Made by a program: the position numbers and the translations under genes. Shown here one piece after another: positions 30,345-40,796 of a stretch of 64,000 nucleotides of DNA (positions are counted from its first letter, which is position 1; each line of letters opens with the position of its first letter). Under the pieces are notes generated by a model. It worked only from the letters and a program-made list of their open reading frames with translations. It ran no database searches and was not told where the DNA came from. Origin of the DNA: a virus; IMG/VR virus record IMGVR_UViG_3300023174_000062; one strand, given 5' to 3'.

Positions 30345-31048
30345 ACGTAAAATTAATAAGTTATTCACAACAAGCGATTGATGCAGACAAACAAGATGAA
30401 TTCGAATTCGATTTACCCAACTTGCAAGACCTTGTCGCATACTGTGCAAGAGTATCTAATCCCTCCAATCAAGCCAATTCCGAGACTTCAGAAAGACTCA
30501 TCAAATACCTCATCAAACACAAGCATTGGAGTCCTCTTGAAATGGTCTCCGCATGTATTGAAGTTGAGACAACAAGAGATATCGCAAGACAACTCTTAAG
30601 GCATAGAAGTTTTTCGTTTCAAGAATTCAGTCAACGATATGCTGATCCGACAGCAGAATTAGATGACGCATTTGTTTTACGTGAAGCAAGATTGCAAGAC
30701 ACAAAGAATCGTCAAAACTCTGTAGAGTTTGATATGTCTGATGAAAAGCAAAGACTGTTAGCATACGAATGGGAACGTGCCCAAAAGCGAGTATTGTATG
30801 CAGTTAAAAAAGAATATGAATGGGCGATTAAGAATGGTATTGCAAAAGAACAAGCAAGAGCAGTATTACCAGAAGGACTTACTGTATCAAGATTGTATGT
30901 GAATGGTACGTTGAGATCGTGGATTCATTACATCGATTTGAGAGATGGTAATGGTACACAAAAAGAACACGCAGAAATTGCAAGAGCATGTGCTGAAGTA
31001 ATTGCAAAAGTATTTCCAATAATTAAAAGCATAAGGCAAGGAACTTGA
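30341..31048 (+). CDS. thyX: Flavin-dependent thymidylate synthase
   Basis: HWSPLE, RHRSFSFQEFSQRY, QKEH. Confidence 0.95.
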   Translation: MNVKLISYSQQAIDADKQDEFEFDLPNLQDLVAYCARVSNPSNQANSETSERLIKYLIKHKHWSPLEMVSACIEVETTRDIARQLLRHRSFSFQEFSQRYADPTAELDDAFVLREARLQDTKNRQNSVEFDMSDEKQRLLAYEWERAQKRVLYAVKKEYEWAIKNGIAKEQARAVLPEGLTVSRLYVNGTLRSWIHYIDLRDGNGTQKEHAEIARACAEVIAKVFPIIKSIRQGT

Positions 31049-32830
31049 ATGACAAATGACATTGTAATCGACTATAGTAGAGATTCACTATTCGATGAGT
31101 TGGGTATTAAAAGATTGAAAGAAAGTTATATGAAGGAGGATGAAAATTCTCCACAGGAAAGGTTTGCACATGTCTCAAAATCGTTTGGTTCCAATCCAGA
31201 ACACGCACAGCGATTATACGAATACAGCAGTAGGCATTGGTTGTCTTATTCTACTCCCATTCTTTCTTTTGGTCGCAGTAGTCGTGGGCTTCCTATATCA
31301 TGCTTTCTACCATACTTACATGATAGTGCAGAGGGGCTTGTCAATTGTCTCGCTGAAGTCAATTGGTTATCGATGTTGGGTGGTGGTGTCGGCATCGGTG
31401 TCGGCATTCGCAGTTCGGATGATAAGTCGGTTGGAGTCATGCCCCACCTTCGCACATATGACGCATCATCTCTCGCTTATAGACAAGGTAGGACTCGCCG
31501 TGGTTCCTACGCTACTTATCTTGATATTTCTCATCCAGACATTCTTCTATTTCTTGAAATGAGAAAACCAACAGGCGATCCCAATCTACGTACATTGAAT
31601 CTACATCATGGCATTAACATTCCAGATTCATTCATGCAAATCGTTGAGAATTGTATGCAAGACAAAGATGCAGATGATTCTTGGGAATTAAGAGACCCAC
31701 ACAGTAATGAAGTTCGTGAAGTTGTTTCTGCAAAAGACTTGTGGCAACGTATACTTGACATTCGTATGCAAACTGGTGAACCATATTTGCATTTCATTGA
31801 TGCAAGCAATCGTGCTATGCCACAGTTTCAAAAAGACTTGGGACTAAGTATTAAGCAAAGTAATCTTTGCTCTGAAATTATTTTACCTACAGACAAAGAT
31901 AGAACAGCAGTATGTTGTTTGTCTTCAGTTAATTTGGAGTACTTTGATGAGTGGAAAACGGATCCTTTATTTCTTTCTGATATTGCAGAAATGCTTGACA
32001 ATGTTCTTCAGTATTTTATTGATAATGCTCCTGCCGCCGTTGAACGTGCAAGGTTCTCTGCCATACGTGAGCGCAGTATTGGCATCGGTGCTCTTGGGTT
32101 TCATGCTTATCTACAACGAAATAACGTCCCATTCGAATCCGCACTCGCAGTCGGAAGAAACAAACAAATCTTCTCACATATAAGAGGACAACTTGATGAT
32201 GCAAATCTTAAATTGGGTAAAGAACGTGGTGAAGCGCCTGATGCTGTTGGTACTGGGAAGCGTTTTAGTCATATGCTCGCCATTGCTCCTAATGCTTCAA
32301 GTTCTATTATTATGGGTAATACTTCTCCTTCAATTGAACCCCTACGTGCGAATGCGTATAGACAAGACACTCTCAGCGGTTCTTCATTGAATAAGAATAA
32401 ATGGCTTGACAGAATCATCAAGAGTATAGTAAAATCAGACGATGAATATCAGACAGTTTGGTCTAGCATCATTGCGAATGATGGTAGCGTACAGCACTTA
32501 GATATTCTAGATGATTGGCAGAAAGATGTATTCAAAACATCTATGGAGATTGACCAGCGTTGGTTAGTCAATCATGCCGCAGATAGACAAGAGTATATCG
32601 ACCAAGCACAATCATTGAATCTGTTCTTCCGTCCTGATGTAAACATTAAATATCTACATGCAGTACACTTTCAAGCGTGGAAGCAAGGATTGAAAACATT
32701 GTACTACTGTCGTTCAGAAAAGATTGGTAAAGCAGATAAAGTTTCAAAACGTATTGAACGTGAAGTTATTAAAGAACTAGATATGAAAGCACTTATTGAT
32801 GGTGATGCATGTCTTGCATGTGAAGGATAA
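31049..32830 (+). CDS. nrdA: Class Ia ribonucleotide reductase alpha subunit (no ATP cone)
   Basis: PISCF, SNLCSEI, APNASSS, KTLYY, C-terminal CLAC. Confidence 0.95.
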   Translation: MTNDIVIDYSRDSLFDELGIKRLKESYMKEDENSPQERFAHVSKSFGSNPEHAQRLYEYSSRHWLSYSTPILSFGRSSRGLPISCFLPYLHDSAEGLVNCLAEVNWLSMLGGGVGIGVGIRSSDDKSVGVMPHLRTYDASSLAYRQGRTRRGSYATYLDISHPDILLFLEMRKPTGDPNLRTLNLHHGINIPDSFMQIVENCMQDKDADDSWELRDPHSNEVREVVSAKDLWQRILDIRMQTGEPYLHFIDASNRAMPQFQKDLGLSIKQSNLCSEIILPTDKDRTAVCCLSSVNLEYFDEWKTDPLFLSDIAEMLDNVLQYFIDNAPAAVERARFSAIRERSIGIGALGFHAYLQRNNVPFESALAVGRNKQIFSHIRGQLDDANLKLGKERGEAPDAVGTGKRFSHMLAIAPNASSSIIMGNTSPSIEPLRANAYRQDTLSGSSLNKNKWLDRIIKSIVKSDDEYQTVWSSIIANDGSVQHLDILDDWQKDVFKTSMEIDQRWLVNHAADRQEYIDQAQSLNLFFRPDVNIKYLHAVHFQAWKQGLKTLYYCRSEKIGKADKVSKRIEREVIKELDMKALIDGDACLACEG

Positions 32831-32832
32831 GA

Positions 32833-33612
32833 ATGAAATACAAAAGCATATTCATTAGTGATGTGCATTTGGGTACGAATGACTGTAAAGCAGATTTGTT
32901 AAATAATTTTTTGAAACACAACAAGTGTGATACACTTTATCTTGTAGGTGATATAATAGATGCGTGGCGCATACAGCAAAACAAATGGCGCTGGAAGCAA
33001 AGCCATACCAATGTTGTTCGTAGAGTATTAGGTCACGCTAAACGTGGTACCCGTGTTGTTTACATTGCGGGTAACCATGATGAATTCCTTAGACCAATGA
33101 TACCATATGGTTTCAGTTTTGGTTTAGTGGAAATACACAACCAAATAGAACACATTGGTGTTGATGGTAAACACTATCTAGTCACACACGGTGACTTGTT
33201 TGATGGTATAACAAGATTAGCACCATGGCTAGCATTTTTGGGAGACAAAGCATATGATTTCATTTTATCGCTCAATAGTAAATTCAATTGGATACGTCAT
33301 CGTTTTGGTTTTGGGTACTTTAGTCTTAGTAAATTCCTTAAGCACAAAGTCAAAAAAGCAGTAGATTTTATATTTCAGTTTGAAAAGAATTTAGCGGGCT
33401 ATTGTAAGAAGCGTGGCTATGATGGTGTTATATGTGGACACATACATCATGCAGAAATAAAAGAAATAGACGGAATCATTTATATGAATGATGGTGATTG
33501 GGTAGAATCTTGTACAGCATTGGTTGAAAACATGAATGGTACGTGGGAAATTATTCATTGGGAAAAAATAGTAACTGTAGAAGATCAAGTAAAATGTCAA
33601 GAAGTATCGTAG
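32833..33612 (+). CDS. PlcP/LpxH-like metallophosphoesterase
   Basis: SDVHLG, GDIID, GNHD, HGD, CGHIH, NDGDWVES. Confidence 0.85.
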   Translation: MKYKSIFISDVHLGTNDCKADLLNNFLKHNKCDTLYLVGDIIDAWRIQQNKWRWKQSHTNVVRRVLGHAKRGTRVVYIAGNHDEFLRPMIPYGFSFGLVEIHNQIEHIGVDGKHYLVTHGDLFDGITRLAPWLAFLGDKAYDFILSLNSKFNWIRHRFGFGYFSLSKFLKHKVKKAVDFIFQFEKNLAGYCKKRGYDGVICGHIHHAEIKEIDGIIYMNDGDWVESCTALVENMNGTWEIIHWEKIVTVEDQVKCQEVS

Positions 33613-34313
33613 AAGAAAAAATTACAATAGTTGTTCCTTGTAAAAATGAAGAAAACTATATTCATCATTTATTAGATTCTTTGCGTCTACAAGAAATTGG
33701 AAATACAAGGATCATTATCGCTGATTGCTCGACCGACAATACCCGAGAAGTTATTCGAATAATGAAAGGTGAATTAAATGTTGAAATTATTGACGGCGGT
33801 TCAGTTTCATTTGCTAAGAATAGTGGTGCCAAGTTGGTTACGACACCATATATACTATTTCTTGATGCGGATGTTCGTTTCTTTAAGAATAATGCAATAC
33901 GAGATGCTGTCAATACAATTGAATCAAAAAACTTGGATCTTGTAGGATTAAAAATTAAATGCTATGATGGAAATGTTAGAACACAAATTGGATTTACATT
34001 GTTCAACACAATCAACAGTATTATGAAATATAAAGTTCCTTTTGCTGTTGGTGCTTTCATGTTAACTAGAACAGATAAATTTAAAGAATTTGATGGGTTT
34101 TCTGAAAAATATAAAGTAAGTGAAGATTTTTTTCTATCAAAAAAATATGATCCGAAAAAATTTAAATTAATGAATCATCATTTTGGTCAAGATAGTAGAA
34201 GATTTAAAATAATGGGATACACAGGTATGACTTGGTATCTTATTAAGAATTTTTGGAATCGTAATAACGAAAAGTATTGGAATAATATTGATTATTCGAA
34301 ATATTGGAAATAA
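33594..34313 (+). CDS. Glycosyltransferase family 2
   Basis: IVVPCKNEE, DCSTDNT, FLDAD, SED. Confidence 0.85.
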   Translation: MSRSIVEEKITIVVPCKNEENYIHHLLDSLRLQEIGNTRIIIADCSTDNTREVIRIMKGELNVEIIDGGSVSFAKNSGAKLVTTPYILFLDADVRFFKNNAIRDAVNTIESKNLDLVGLKIKCYDGNVRTQIGFTLFNTINSIMKYKVPFAVGAFMLTRTDKFKEFDGFSEKYKVSEDFFLSKKYDPKKFKLMNHHFGQDSRRFKIMGYTGMTWYLIKNFWNRNNEKYWNNIDYSKYWK

Positions 34314-34327
34314 CTTAAGGATAAAAA

Positions 34328-34570
34328 ATGAAAGTACTTAGATTTACAGCATCATGGTGTCAGCCGTGTAAGATGTTAGCAAAAACATTAGAAGACGTTG
34401 ATACTCAAATTCCAATTGAAGTTATTGACATTGATGAGAATCAACAAGTTGCAATGGACTACGGCATTCGTGGTGTTCCAACTTTAGTGATGATAGACGG
34501 TGACGTTGAAGTCAAACGCTTCTCTGGTATGAAAATGAAAAATGAATTGACTGAATGGTTGGGGGCTTAA
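34328..34570 (+). CDS. Thioredoxin
   Basis: WCQPC, VPT. Confidence 0.92.
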   Translation: MKVLRFTASWCQPCKMLAKTLEDVDTQIPIEVIDIDENQQVAMDYGIRGVPTLVMIDGDVEVKRFSGMKMKNELTEWLGA

Positions 34571-34873
34571 ATGGAATTTTCAACATTAGATGTAGTATTT
34601 TTAATTGTATTGGCAATTTATTTGTTATTCAGAGATTTGAAAAAAAGATTTCAAGTAAAAGAAAATGAAATAGATAGAGTACTGGCTGAAGCAGAACAAG
34701 TCAAACATAAAGACATTATGATCTGTAAAAGCGAAATCGTTAATGGCCAGATTTTCGTTTATGAAAAAAGAACAAGTGCATTCATCACGCAACAGCCTGA
34801 CGTTGAAAGCATGGTTAAGTTTTTTGTGAACAATTACCCAAACAAAAGAATAATATTCGGAGATAAACAATAA
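34571..34873 (+). CDS. Hypothetical protein with N-terminal TM
   Basis: ORF track, operon context. Confidence 0.5.
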   Translation: MEFSTLDVVFLIVLAIYLLFRDLKKRFQVKENEIDRVLAEAEQVKHKDIMICKSEIVNGQIFVYEKRTSAFITQQPDVESMVKFFVNNYPNKRIIFGDKQ

Positions 34874-35869
34874 ATGAGTGCAACAAAAGTAAAAAGTAAT
34901 TTAATGGATGGCAGAGATGCATTCAAGCCATTTAACTATCCATGGGCATATGACTCATGGCTAAAACACGAACAGAGTCATTGGTTACATACAGAAGTGC
35001 CAATGGCTGAAGACGTTAAAGATTGGAAGAAAAAATTAACAGCAGAAGAGAAACATTTTCTCACAAACATTTTTCGCTTCTTCACACAAGGCGACATTGA
35101 CGTTGCTGGTGGTTATGTAAAAAACTATCTACCATACTTTCCACAACCTGAAGTACGAATGATGTTGCTTGGCTTTGCCGCTAGAGAAGCACTACACGTG
35201 GCTGCCTATTCACACTTGATTGAAACATTGGGTCTACCAGACACAACATATAATGAATTCTTAGCATATCAAGAGATGAAAGACAAACACGATTATGTGC
35301 TAGACATTTCAAGTAAGAATGGAAACTTGCAATCTACAGCAACACACATTGCAGTATTCTCAGCATTCACAGAAGGTATGCAGTTGTTCTCTTCATTCAT
35401 TATGCTATTGAACTTTCCACGCATGGGTAAGATGAAAGGCATGGGACAGATTATTACATGGTCTATTGTTGATGAAACGCAACATGCAGAATCTATGATT
35501 AAATTATTCAGATCATTTATTCAAGAGAATAATGAAATCTGGAATGATGAATTAAAATCTAAGATATATACTATTGCAGAACGAATGGTTGAACTTGAAG
35601 ACAAGTTTATTGACTTGGCGTTCGGTATCAATGCGATGGAAGGACTTACTTCGGAAGAAGTTAAGAAATACATTCGCTATATTGCAGACAGGCGCCTTAT
35701 CAGCCTTGGGTTGAAAGGCATATTTAAAGTTAAAAAGAATCCATTACCTTGGGTTGAAGAAATGATTAATGCTCCAACGCATACAAATTTCTTTGAGAAC
35801 AGAGCAACCGACTACGCAAAGGGTGCGACCAAAGGTGATTGGGCAGACGTATGGGGTAAAGCGGCATGA
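34874..35869 (+). CDS. nrdB: Ribonucleotide reductase beta subunit
   Basis: FFTQGD, EALHVAAY, TEGMQLFSSF, DETQH, NFFE. Confidence 0.95.
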   Translation: MSATKVKSNLMDGRDAFKPFNYPWAYDSWLKHEQSHWLHTEVPMAEDVKDWKKKLTAEEKHFLTNIFRFFTQGDIDVAGGYVKNYLPYFPQPEVRMMLLGFAAREALHVAAYSHLIETLGLPDTTYNEFLAYQEMKDKHDYVLDISSKNGNLQSTATHIAVFSAFTEGMQLFSSFIMLLNFPRMGKMKGMGQIITWSIVDETQHAESMIKLFRSFIQENNEIWNDELKSKIYTIAERMVELEDKFIDLAFGINAMEGLTSEEVKKYIRYIADRRLISLGLKGIFKVKKNPLPWVEEMINAPTHTNFFENRATDYAKGATKGDWADVWGKAA

Positions 35870-36339
35870 ACTATTTAAGATACACATTTTGGATTACATT
35901 GATAATTGCAGGATTTGCATTCTCGGCATGGAACAATTCAGTATTCGCACAAACAGGAAAACAAAAACCGGGAGTTATCTATGACGCTAATATTACTAGG
36001 GTTATTGATGGCGATACTGTTGCGTTTGAAGCGACATTCTTACCAGATCCACTCAAAAAAGAATTGAGTATTCGAGTCTTTGGTGTTGACACACCAGAAA
36101 AAGGATTCAGAGCGCAATGTCCACAAGAAGACTTAAGAGGACAACGTGCTACAGAATTCACAAAGAAAGCAGTTGCATCAGCAAAACACAGACAAGTTAT
36201 GTTGATGGATTGGGATAAGTATGGTGGGCGTGTTTTAGGTGACGTTATCTTAGACGGAAATAGTTTAAGACAAGCATTGATCGCAAATGGTTTAGCCCGT
36301 GAATACTACGGCGAGGCTAAAACTTCTTGGTGTAACTAA
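35866..36339 (+). CDS. Exported thermonuclease (SNase-like)
   Basis: Signal peptide; VIDGDT, GVDTPE, DKYGGR. Confidence 0.88.
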   Translation: MNYLRYTFWITLIIAGFAFSAWNNSVFAQTGKQKPGVIYDANITRVIDGDTVAFEATFLPDPLKKELSIRVFGVDTPEKGFRAQCPQEDLRGQRATEFTKKAVASAKHRQVMLMDWDKYGGRVLGDVILDGNSLRQALIANGLAREYYGEAKTSWCN

Positions 36340-36639
36340 ATGAAAAAACTATTAACTATATTTTTGTTGATGGTGTCTGCTTCAACATTTGCACAACATC
36401 ATCATGGTCATCATCACGGCCATGGGCTTAGACCATACAGTTGGATCGGACCTACAATCATAGGCGGTGTTATTGGATATGAAATTGCACGACAACAACC
36501 TATAATTGTTCAGCAACAGCCCGTATTTGTTCAACAGCAACCTGTTATAATTCAACAGTCACCGCAAGTGTGTACTGATTGGAAAGAAATTCAATATCCT
36601 GATGGAAGAATCTATCGTGAAAGAACTTGTACTCAATAA
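36340..36639 (+). CDS. Exported His/Gln-rich hypothetical protein
   Basis: Signal peptide, HHHGHHH, QQPV repeats. Confidence 0.55.
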   Translation: MKKLLTIFLLMVSASTFAQHHHGHHHGHGLRPYSWIGPTIIGGVIGYEIARQQPIIVQQQPVFVQQQPVIIQQSPQVCTDWKEIQYPDGRIYRERTCTQ

Positions 36640-36641
36640 TC

Positions 36642-36791
36642 ATGTGGAGACTATGGGCAAAAGCATTGGGTAGTAAGGCTAGTGCATGTGATAACGAGTC
36701 CGACAAAGTTGCAATCATCAGAACGTGTATTGTGCTTTGCTATATAATAACGAACCTGTTTATTGTAGCAGGTGTTATAAGGCATTGGTAA
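36642..36791 (+). CDS. 49 aa membrane protein
   Basis: MWRLWAKALG...DKVAIIRT...FIVAGVIRHW, a recurrent T4-like small gene. Confidence 0.55.
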   Translation: MWRLWAKALGSKASACDNESDKVAIIRTCIVLCYIITNLFIVAGVIRHW

Positions 36792-36794
36792 AAC

Positions 36795-37421
36795 ATGGCA
36801 CACATCGTAGCAAATCTTCCGGCAGTTAAATGTTTTGTACGCAAAGAATTTCTCTATGACTTTGAAAAGGGTCATGGAGAATTAGTTCCTTGCTGGTGGA
36901 TAACAATAAAATCATTAAGAAGTCAAGCATTTCGTATAGAATCATATTTAAACGAATATGGTGCATTGTACGATAAATTACCTCTTCATGCATATTGTTG
37001 GAAACCAATTCAAGGTGAGCCATTGTCATTAGACTATTTACAGTTGTGGAATAGTTTATCGTCAGATATAACAGTCATAAGAAAATCTATGATTGCTAAC
37101 ATGAAATGTAAGTTTAAGTTAAAAGGCGGCGATTGGATGTATGGCGAGTATCTCTTCACCGTTGATTCTGCACATACAGATTTCAATACATTGGATTGTG
37201 GTCATAGTGAAGATATTGAAGATCACAAATCATTTAATTTTATCAAATGTGATAATGGACAGTTTGCGGCTCAACCAAATAATAGATTAATCATATTAGA
37301 ACCCGCAAGCAATCCTAAACAAATGAAGACACCAGATTTTAAAGTTGCTACAAAAAGATGGAATGTTGAATTAGACCCAAAATGGGCACTTGGAGACACA
37401 AGTACAGTAATGTACGAATAA
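36795..37421 (+). CDS. Conserved hypothetical protein
   Basis: GALYDKLP, YLFTVD, NGQFAAQPNNR. Confidence 0.6.
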   Translation: MAHIVANLPAVKCFVRKEFLYDFEKGHGELVPCWWITIKSLRSQAFRIESYLNEYGALYDKLPLHAYCWKPIQGEPLSLDYLQLWNSLSSDITVIRKSMIANMKCKFKLKGGDWMYGEYLFTVDSAHTDFNTLDCGHSEDIEDHKSFNFIKCDNGQFAAQPNNRLIILEPASNPKQMKTPDFKVATKRWNVELDPKWALGDTSTVMYE

Positions 37422-37431
37422 GGAGAAAAAA

Positions 37432-37644
37432 ATGACAACATATAACGTATTTTGCGATGGCTGTGCGGCTGAATATTCAGTAACTCCATTGATAGGCGGA
37501 GACAAAACACAACCAACAAATTGCGCTTACTGCGGTTCAACAATAACCGAAGAAGCAATATCAGAAAAAGACGAAGAGTGGGCAGATGAGGATTGGGACA
37601 AACTAATAGAACATGATGAATGGTCCTCGGAAGATGATAGATGA
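37432..37644 (+). CDS. Zn-ribbon protein with acidic tail
   Basis: CDGC and CAYC. Confidence 0.6.
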   Translation: MTTYNVFCDGCAAEYSVTPLIGGDKTQPTNCAYCGSTITEEAISEKDEEWADEDWDKLIEHDEWSSEDDR

Positions 37645-38225
37645 TCGTAGCAGGAGTAGATTATTCTCTAACATGCCCTGCAATGTGTGTGTTTGATACA
37701 GGAGACAATAATGACAGGATTGGACATTTTAACTTTTCTGATTGTAATTTTTATTTTCTAACTCAATCTAGAAAATACGATGTACAATTCAAGAATATAA
37801 GAGGCAAGTTTTTCGACCATGAAGGAATGACTGACGTATTACGATACGATGGTATATCAAATTTCTTTATTGACAGACTGTTAGAGACAGACAAAGAGTG
37901 CCACGTATTCCTAGAAGGATATTCTATGGGATCAAAAGGCAGAGTATTCAACATTGCAGAGAACGCTGGCATCCTAAAATACAGACTATGGTTGTTTGCC
38001 GTAGAATGTACTGAAGTACCACCAACAGTACTTAAGAAATATGCTACTGGTAAAGGCAATGCGAATAAAGAACGAATGCAGGAAGTCTTTGAAGAATTCA
38101 ATGATATTCGTTTAAAGGAAGAACTACATATGACTGAAAAGCAATGGAATCCTTCTTCTGACTTGATTGATGCATACTGGTTGTGCAAATATGGAGTTGA
38201 AAGTTTGACAACTAAAACAAAATAG
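37641..38225 (+). CDS. RuvC-like nuclease / Holliday junction resolvase
   Basis: GVDYS, LEGYS, KKYATGKGNA.K, D.IDAY. Confidence 0.8.
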   Translation: MIVAGVDYSLTCPAMCVFDTGDNNDRIGHFNFSDCNFYFLTQSRKYDVQFKNIRGKFFDHEGMTDVLRYDGISNFFIDRLLETDKECHVFLEGYSMGSKGRVFNIAENAGILKYRLWLFAVECTEVPPTVLKKYATGKGNANKERMQEVFEEFNDIRLKEELHMTEKQWNPSSDLIDAYWLCKYGVESLTTKTK

Positions 38226-38259
38226 AGTATACTCTACATTACTATAGAAAGTGATAATC

Positions 38260-38931
38260 ATGGAAGAAGAAAAAATCAGTTCGTTATTTGGTTTAGATGA
38301 CGCTAAAAAACCTAGACAACCAAAAGTACTAGGACAACTATACACATTGTATTTGGTTGGAGAAATAACTACTCCAGATGATTACGTTGAATGGTATGAA
38401 ATAATTAGAAACGCAACAGAGAATGATGTTATCAAAATTCACATCAATTCTCCAGGCGGTAATTTATTTACTGCTGTACAACTAATGCGTGTCATGGCAG
38501 AATCTCAAGCAAATATTTTAACATCAGTAGAAGGCGCATGTATGTCTGCCGCTACAATGGTATTCTTATCTGGCGATGGATTCGAAATCTCAGAACACTC
38601 TATGTTTATGTTCCACAATTACTCAGGTGGTACTATAGGCAAAGGTGGTGAGATGTACGACAACATTATGTACGAACGTAAATGGTCTGACAGATTCATG
38701 CGTAGCGTATATGCTGGATTCTTGACAGATGATGAAATTAAGTCTATACTAGAGAATAAAGATATCTGGATGGAACCAGAAGAAGTATTCAAACGTTTGA
38801 ACAAACGTGGAGAAGATATAATGAAAGAAGCCGAGGCTAAACTCAAAAAGCCTAGGGCTAAACCAGCGGCTAAAAAGACGCCAGTTAAACAAGTGAGGAA
38901 GAAATCAAATGCAAGAACAAGCAAAGAGTGA
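38260..38931 (+). CDS. ClpP-like serine protease
   Basis: INSPGG, CMSAAT, MFH; sigma70 promoter at 38205-38233. Confidence 0.82.
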   Translation: MEEEKISSLFGLDDAKKPRQPKVLGQLYTLYLVGEITTPDDYVEWYEIIRNATENDVIKIHINSPGGNLFTAVQLMRVMAESQANILTSVEGACMSAATMVFLSGDGFEISEHSMFMFHNYSGGTIGKGGEMYDNIMYERKWSDRFMRSVYAGFLTDDEIKSILENKDIWMEPEEVFKRLNKRGEDIMKEAEAKLKKPRAKPAAKKTPVKQVRKKSNARTSKE

Positions 38932-39634
38932 GAGTGTATTTTTAGTATCTTCTGCAATTCACGCAAAGCATGGAATCTATGATACACAAACTAGACTTGA
39001 GCAAACAATCGAAACTTGTAAGTCTATTCGAAATAAATGCGATGCAGAAATTATCGTGTTGGATGGTGGCTATCAAGACATAACAGAACAAGAACGAGAA
39101 ACTCTATCAAAGTATATTGATAAGTTTTATAGTTTTGCAGACGCAGAAAACGTTCGACAACTTCAACAAGTACCAAATCACGATATCGTAAAGAATATGA
39201 TTGAGATTATCATATTCGGTTCGTTCTTTGATAAAGTTGATTCTGAAGGCTGGCGAGACAAATACAAACGCATCTTCAAAATGAGTGGGCGATATACATT
39301 GAATGATAACTTCAATTACGATAAGCACATGCAGGCTAAAGATAAGGTTGTTATTCGTGGTCCATTCACAAGTCAATTCTCTAGTAGCACAACTGGTGGA
39401 GTGCGTCTTCAATACATGAGTCGCTTGTGGAGTTTTGATGCATTCTTGTTGCCATACATCAAAGACACATATCTCGACATGTTTAATCATATGTCAGAAC
39501 GATTGAACAATAAAGGCTACATTGACATTGAACATTTATTGTTCCATCACATTGATGTTGGTTTGGTTGAGAACATTGGTGTGCTTGGTGTTCAAGGTAA
39601 CATTGCACCTAATGGTGTGGAGGTTTCAGATTGA
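38909..39634 (+). CDS. Hypothetical protein, possibly glycosyltransferase-like
   Basis: FKMSGRY, DIEH. Confidence 0.45.
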   Translation: MQEQAKSESVFLVSSAIHAKHGIYDTQTRLEQTIETCKSIRNKCDAEIIVLDGGYQDITEQERETLSKYIDKFYSFADAENVRQLQQVPNHDIVKNMIEIIIFGSFFDKVDSEGWRDKYKRIFKMSGRYTLNDNFNYDKHMQAKDKVVIRGPFTSQFSSSTTGGVRLQYMSRLWSFDAFLLPYIKDTYLDMFNHMSERLNNKGYIDIEHLLFHHIDVGLVENIGVLGVQGNIAPNGVEVSD

Positions 39635-40449
39635 ACTATAAGATATTTCAAATTTGTTTTGAGAACAGTCAAATTCCTCAAGTTGATCCGATACTAACTC
39701 CATTCGACAATACATTAAACGAACGTCCAGAGTTACGTGAGTTTCATTCTTTCAATCGTATTATCGATGAAGGCTTTGCAGATGACTTAGATGCATGGGG
39801 TGTGTTTGGTCCACGTTGGCAAGGCAAAATGCGCTATGATGCAAAAGAGATTAAAACTGCTATCGATGAGAATCCAAACTTTGATGTGTATATTTTCAAT
39901 CATGCTAGAGTACAAAATGCATTGACAATGAACGTATGGGAACAAGGCGATTACTTCCATCCAGGAATTAAACAGGTCGTTCGTTCTGCACTTACTGCTG
40001 GTGGATATTCTACTGAAGGATTAGATGTTGTCATGGCAGATTCAACTTGCTATTGCAGTTACTTTGTTGCGACAAAAGCATTTTGGTTAGAGTATATTGC
40101 ATTCGTTAAAGATGTTAAAAAACATCTTGAAGAATTGACGGGAGAAGACGCAGAAATTTATCATGGTAGTGCAAACTATAGCAGAGATGCAAATCTGAAT
40201 ATGTTTCCATTTATTGTCGAACGATTATTCTCTACGTTTCTTCAGATGAAAGAATATAACGTGTATGCACATCCATATGACTACAGAGTTTATGATAGTC
40301 AAATTAATGACTTCAGTAGAATCATAGAATCATTGTATGGCATCAAGTGTATGGTTGTTGAACGACAATCACATGAATTGTTTGAACATTGGAATTTGTT
40401 GAGGTTATATTTCGCAAAGACACATCCCGATTTATTTAACTTGGATTAG
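39631..40449 (+). CDS. Hypothetical protein, possibly glycosyltransferase-like
   Basis: CSYFV..K.FW.EY, FIVERLFS. Confidence 0.45.
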   Translation: MNYKIFQICFENSQIPQVDPILTPFDNTLNERPELREFHSFNRIIDEGFADDLDAWGVFGPRWQGKMRYDAKEIKTAIDENPNFDVYIFNHARVQNALTMNVWEQGDYFHPGIKQVVRSALTAGGYSTEGLDVVMADSTCYCSYFVATKAFWLEYIAFVKDVKKHLEELTGEDAEIYHGSANYSRDANLNMFPFIVERLFSTFLQMKEYNVYAHPYDYRVYDSQINDFSRIIESLYGIKCMVVERQSHELFEHWNLLRLYFAKTHPDLFNLD

Positions 40450-40453
40450 TATT

Positions 40454-40747
40454 ATGATTATTGATTTGTTTAGACCAACTATAGAATGGATTAAAGATGA
40501 TTTTAAGTCTAACAGAATTCGCTTTGTTATTGAGTTGCTTGCTTGGGCTATTAGTATTGGCTGTAGTATTACTATGGCACTCACGGTCCCCAACCCTCCG
40601 CTTCTTGCTCTTTATCCTGTCTGGATTACTGGCTGTGCCTTGTATGCTTGGGCTAGTTGGACTAGGAAATCTTTTGGCATGTTGGCTAACTATCTACTGT
40701 TGACAACAATAGATACCATAGGGCTATTCAGAATGCTTGCCGTTTGA
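40454..40747 (+). CDS. Three-TM membrane protein
   Basis: Hydrophobic helices. Confidence 0.55.
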   Translation: MIIDLFRPTIEWIKDDFKSNRIRFVIELLAWAISIGCSITMALTVPNPPLLALYPVWITGCALYAWASWTRKSFGMLANYLLLTTIDTIGLFRMLAV

Positions 40748-40796
40748 CTTTCCATTGTACTTGAGTTATAATAAGTGTATCGCTTAAGGAGTACAT

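Noticed and set aside
9158-35869. Introns or inteins in gp43, gp41, nrdA, nrdB, thyX
   Set aside because: All are contiguous and of normal length
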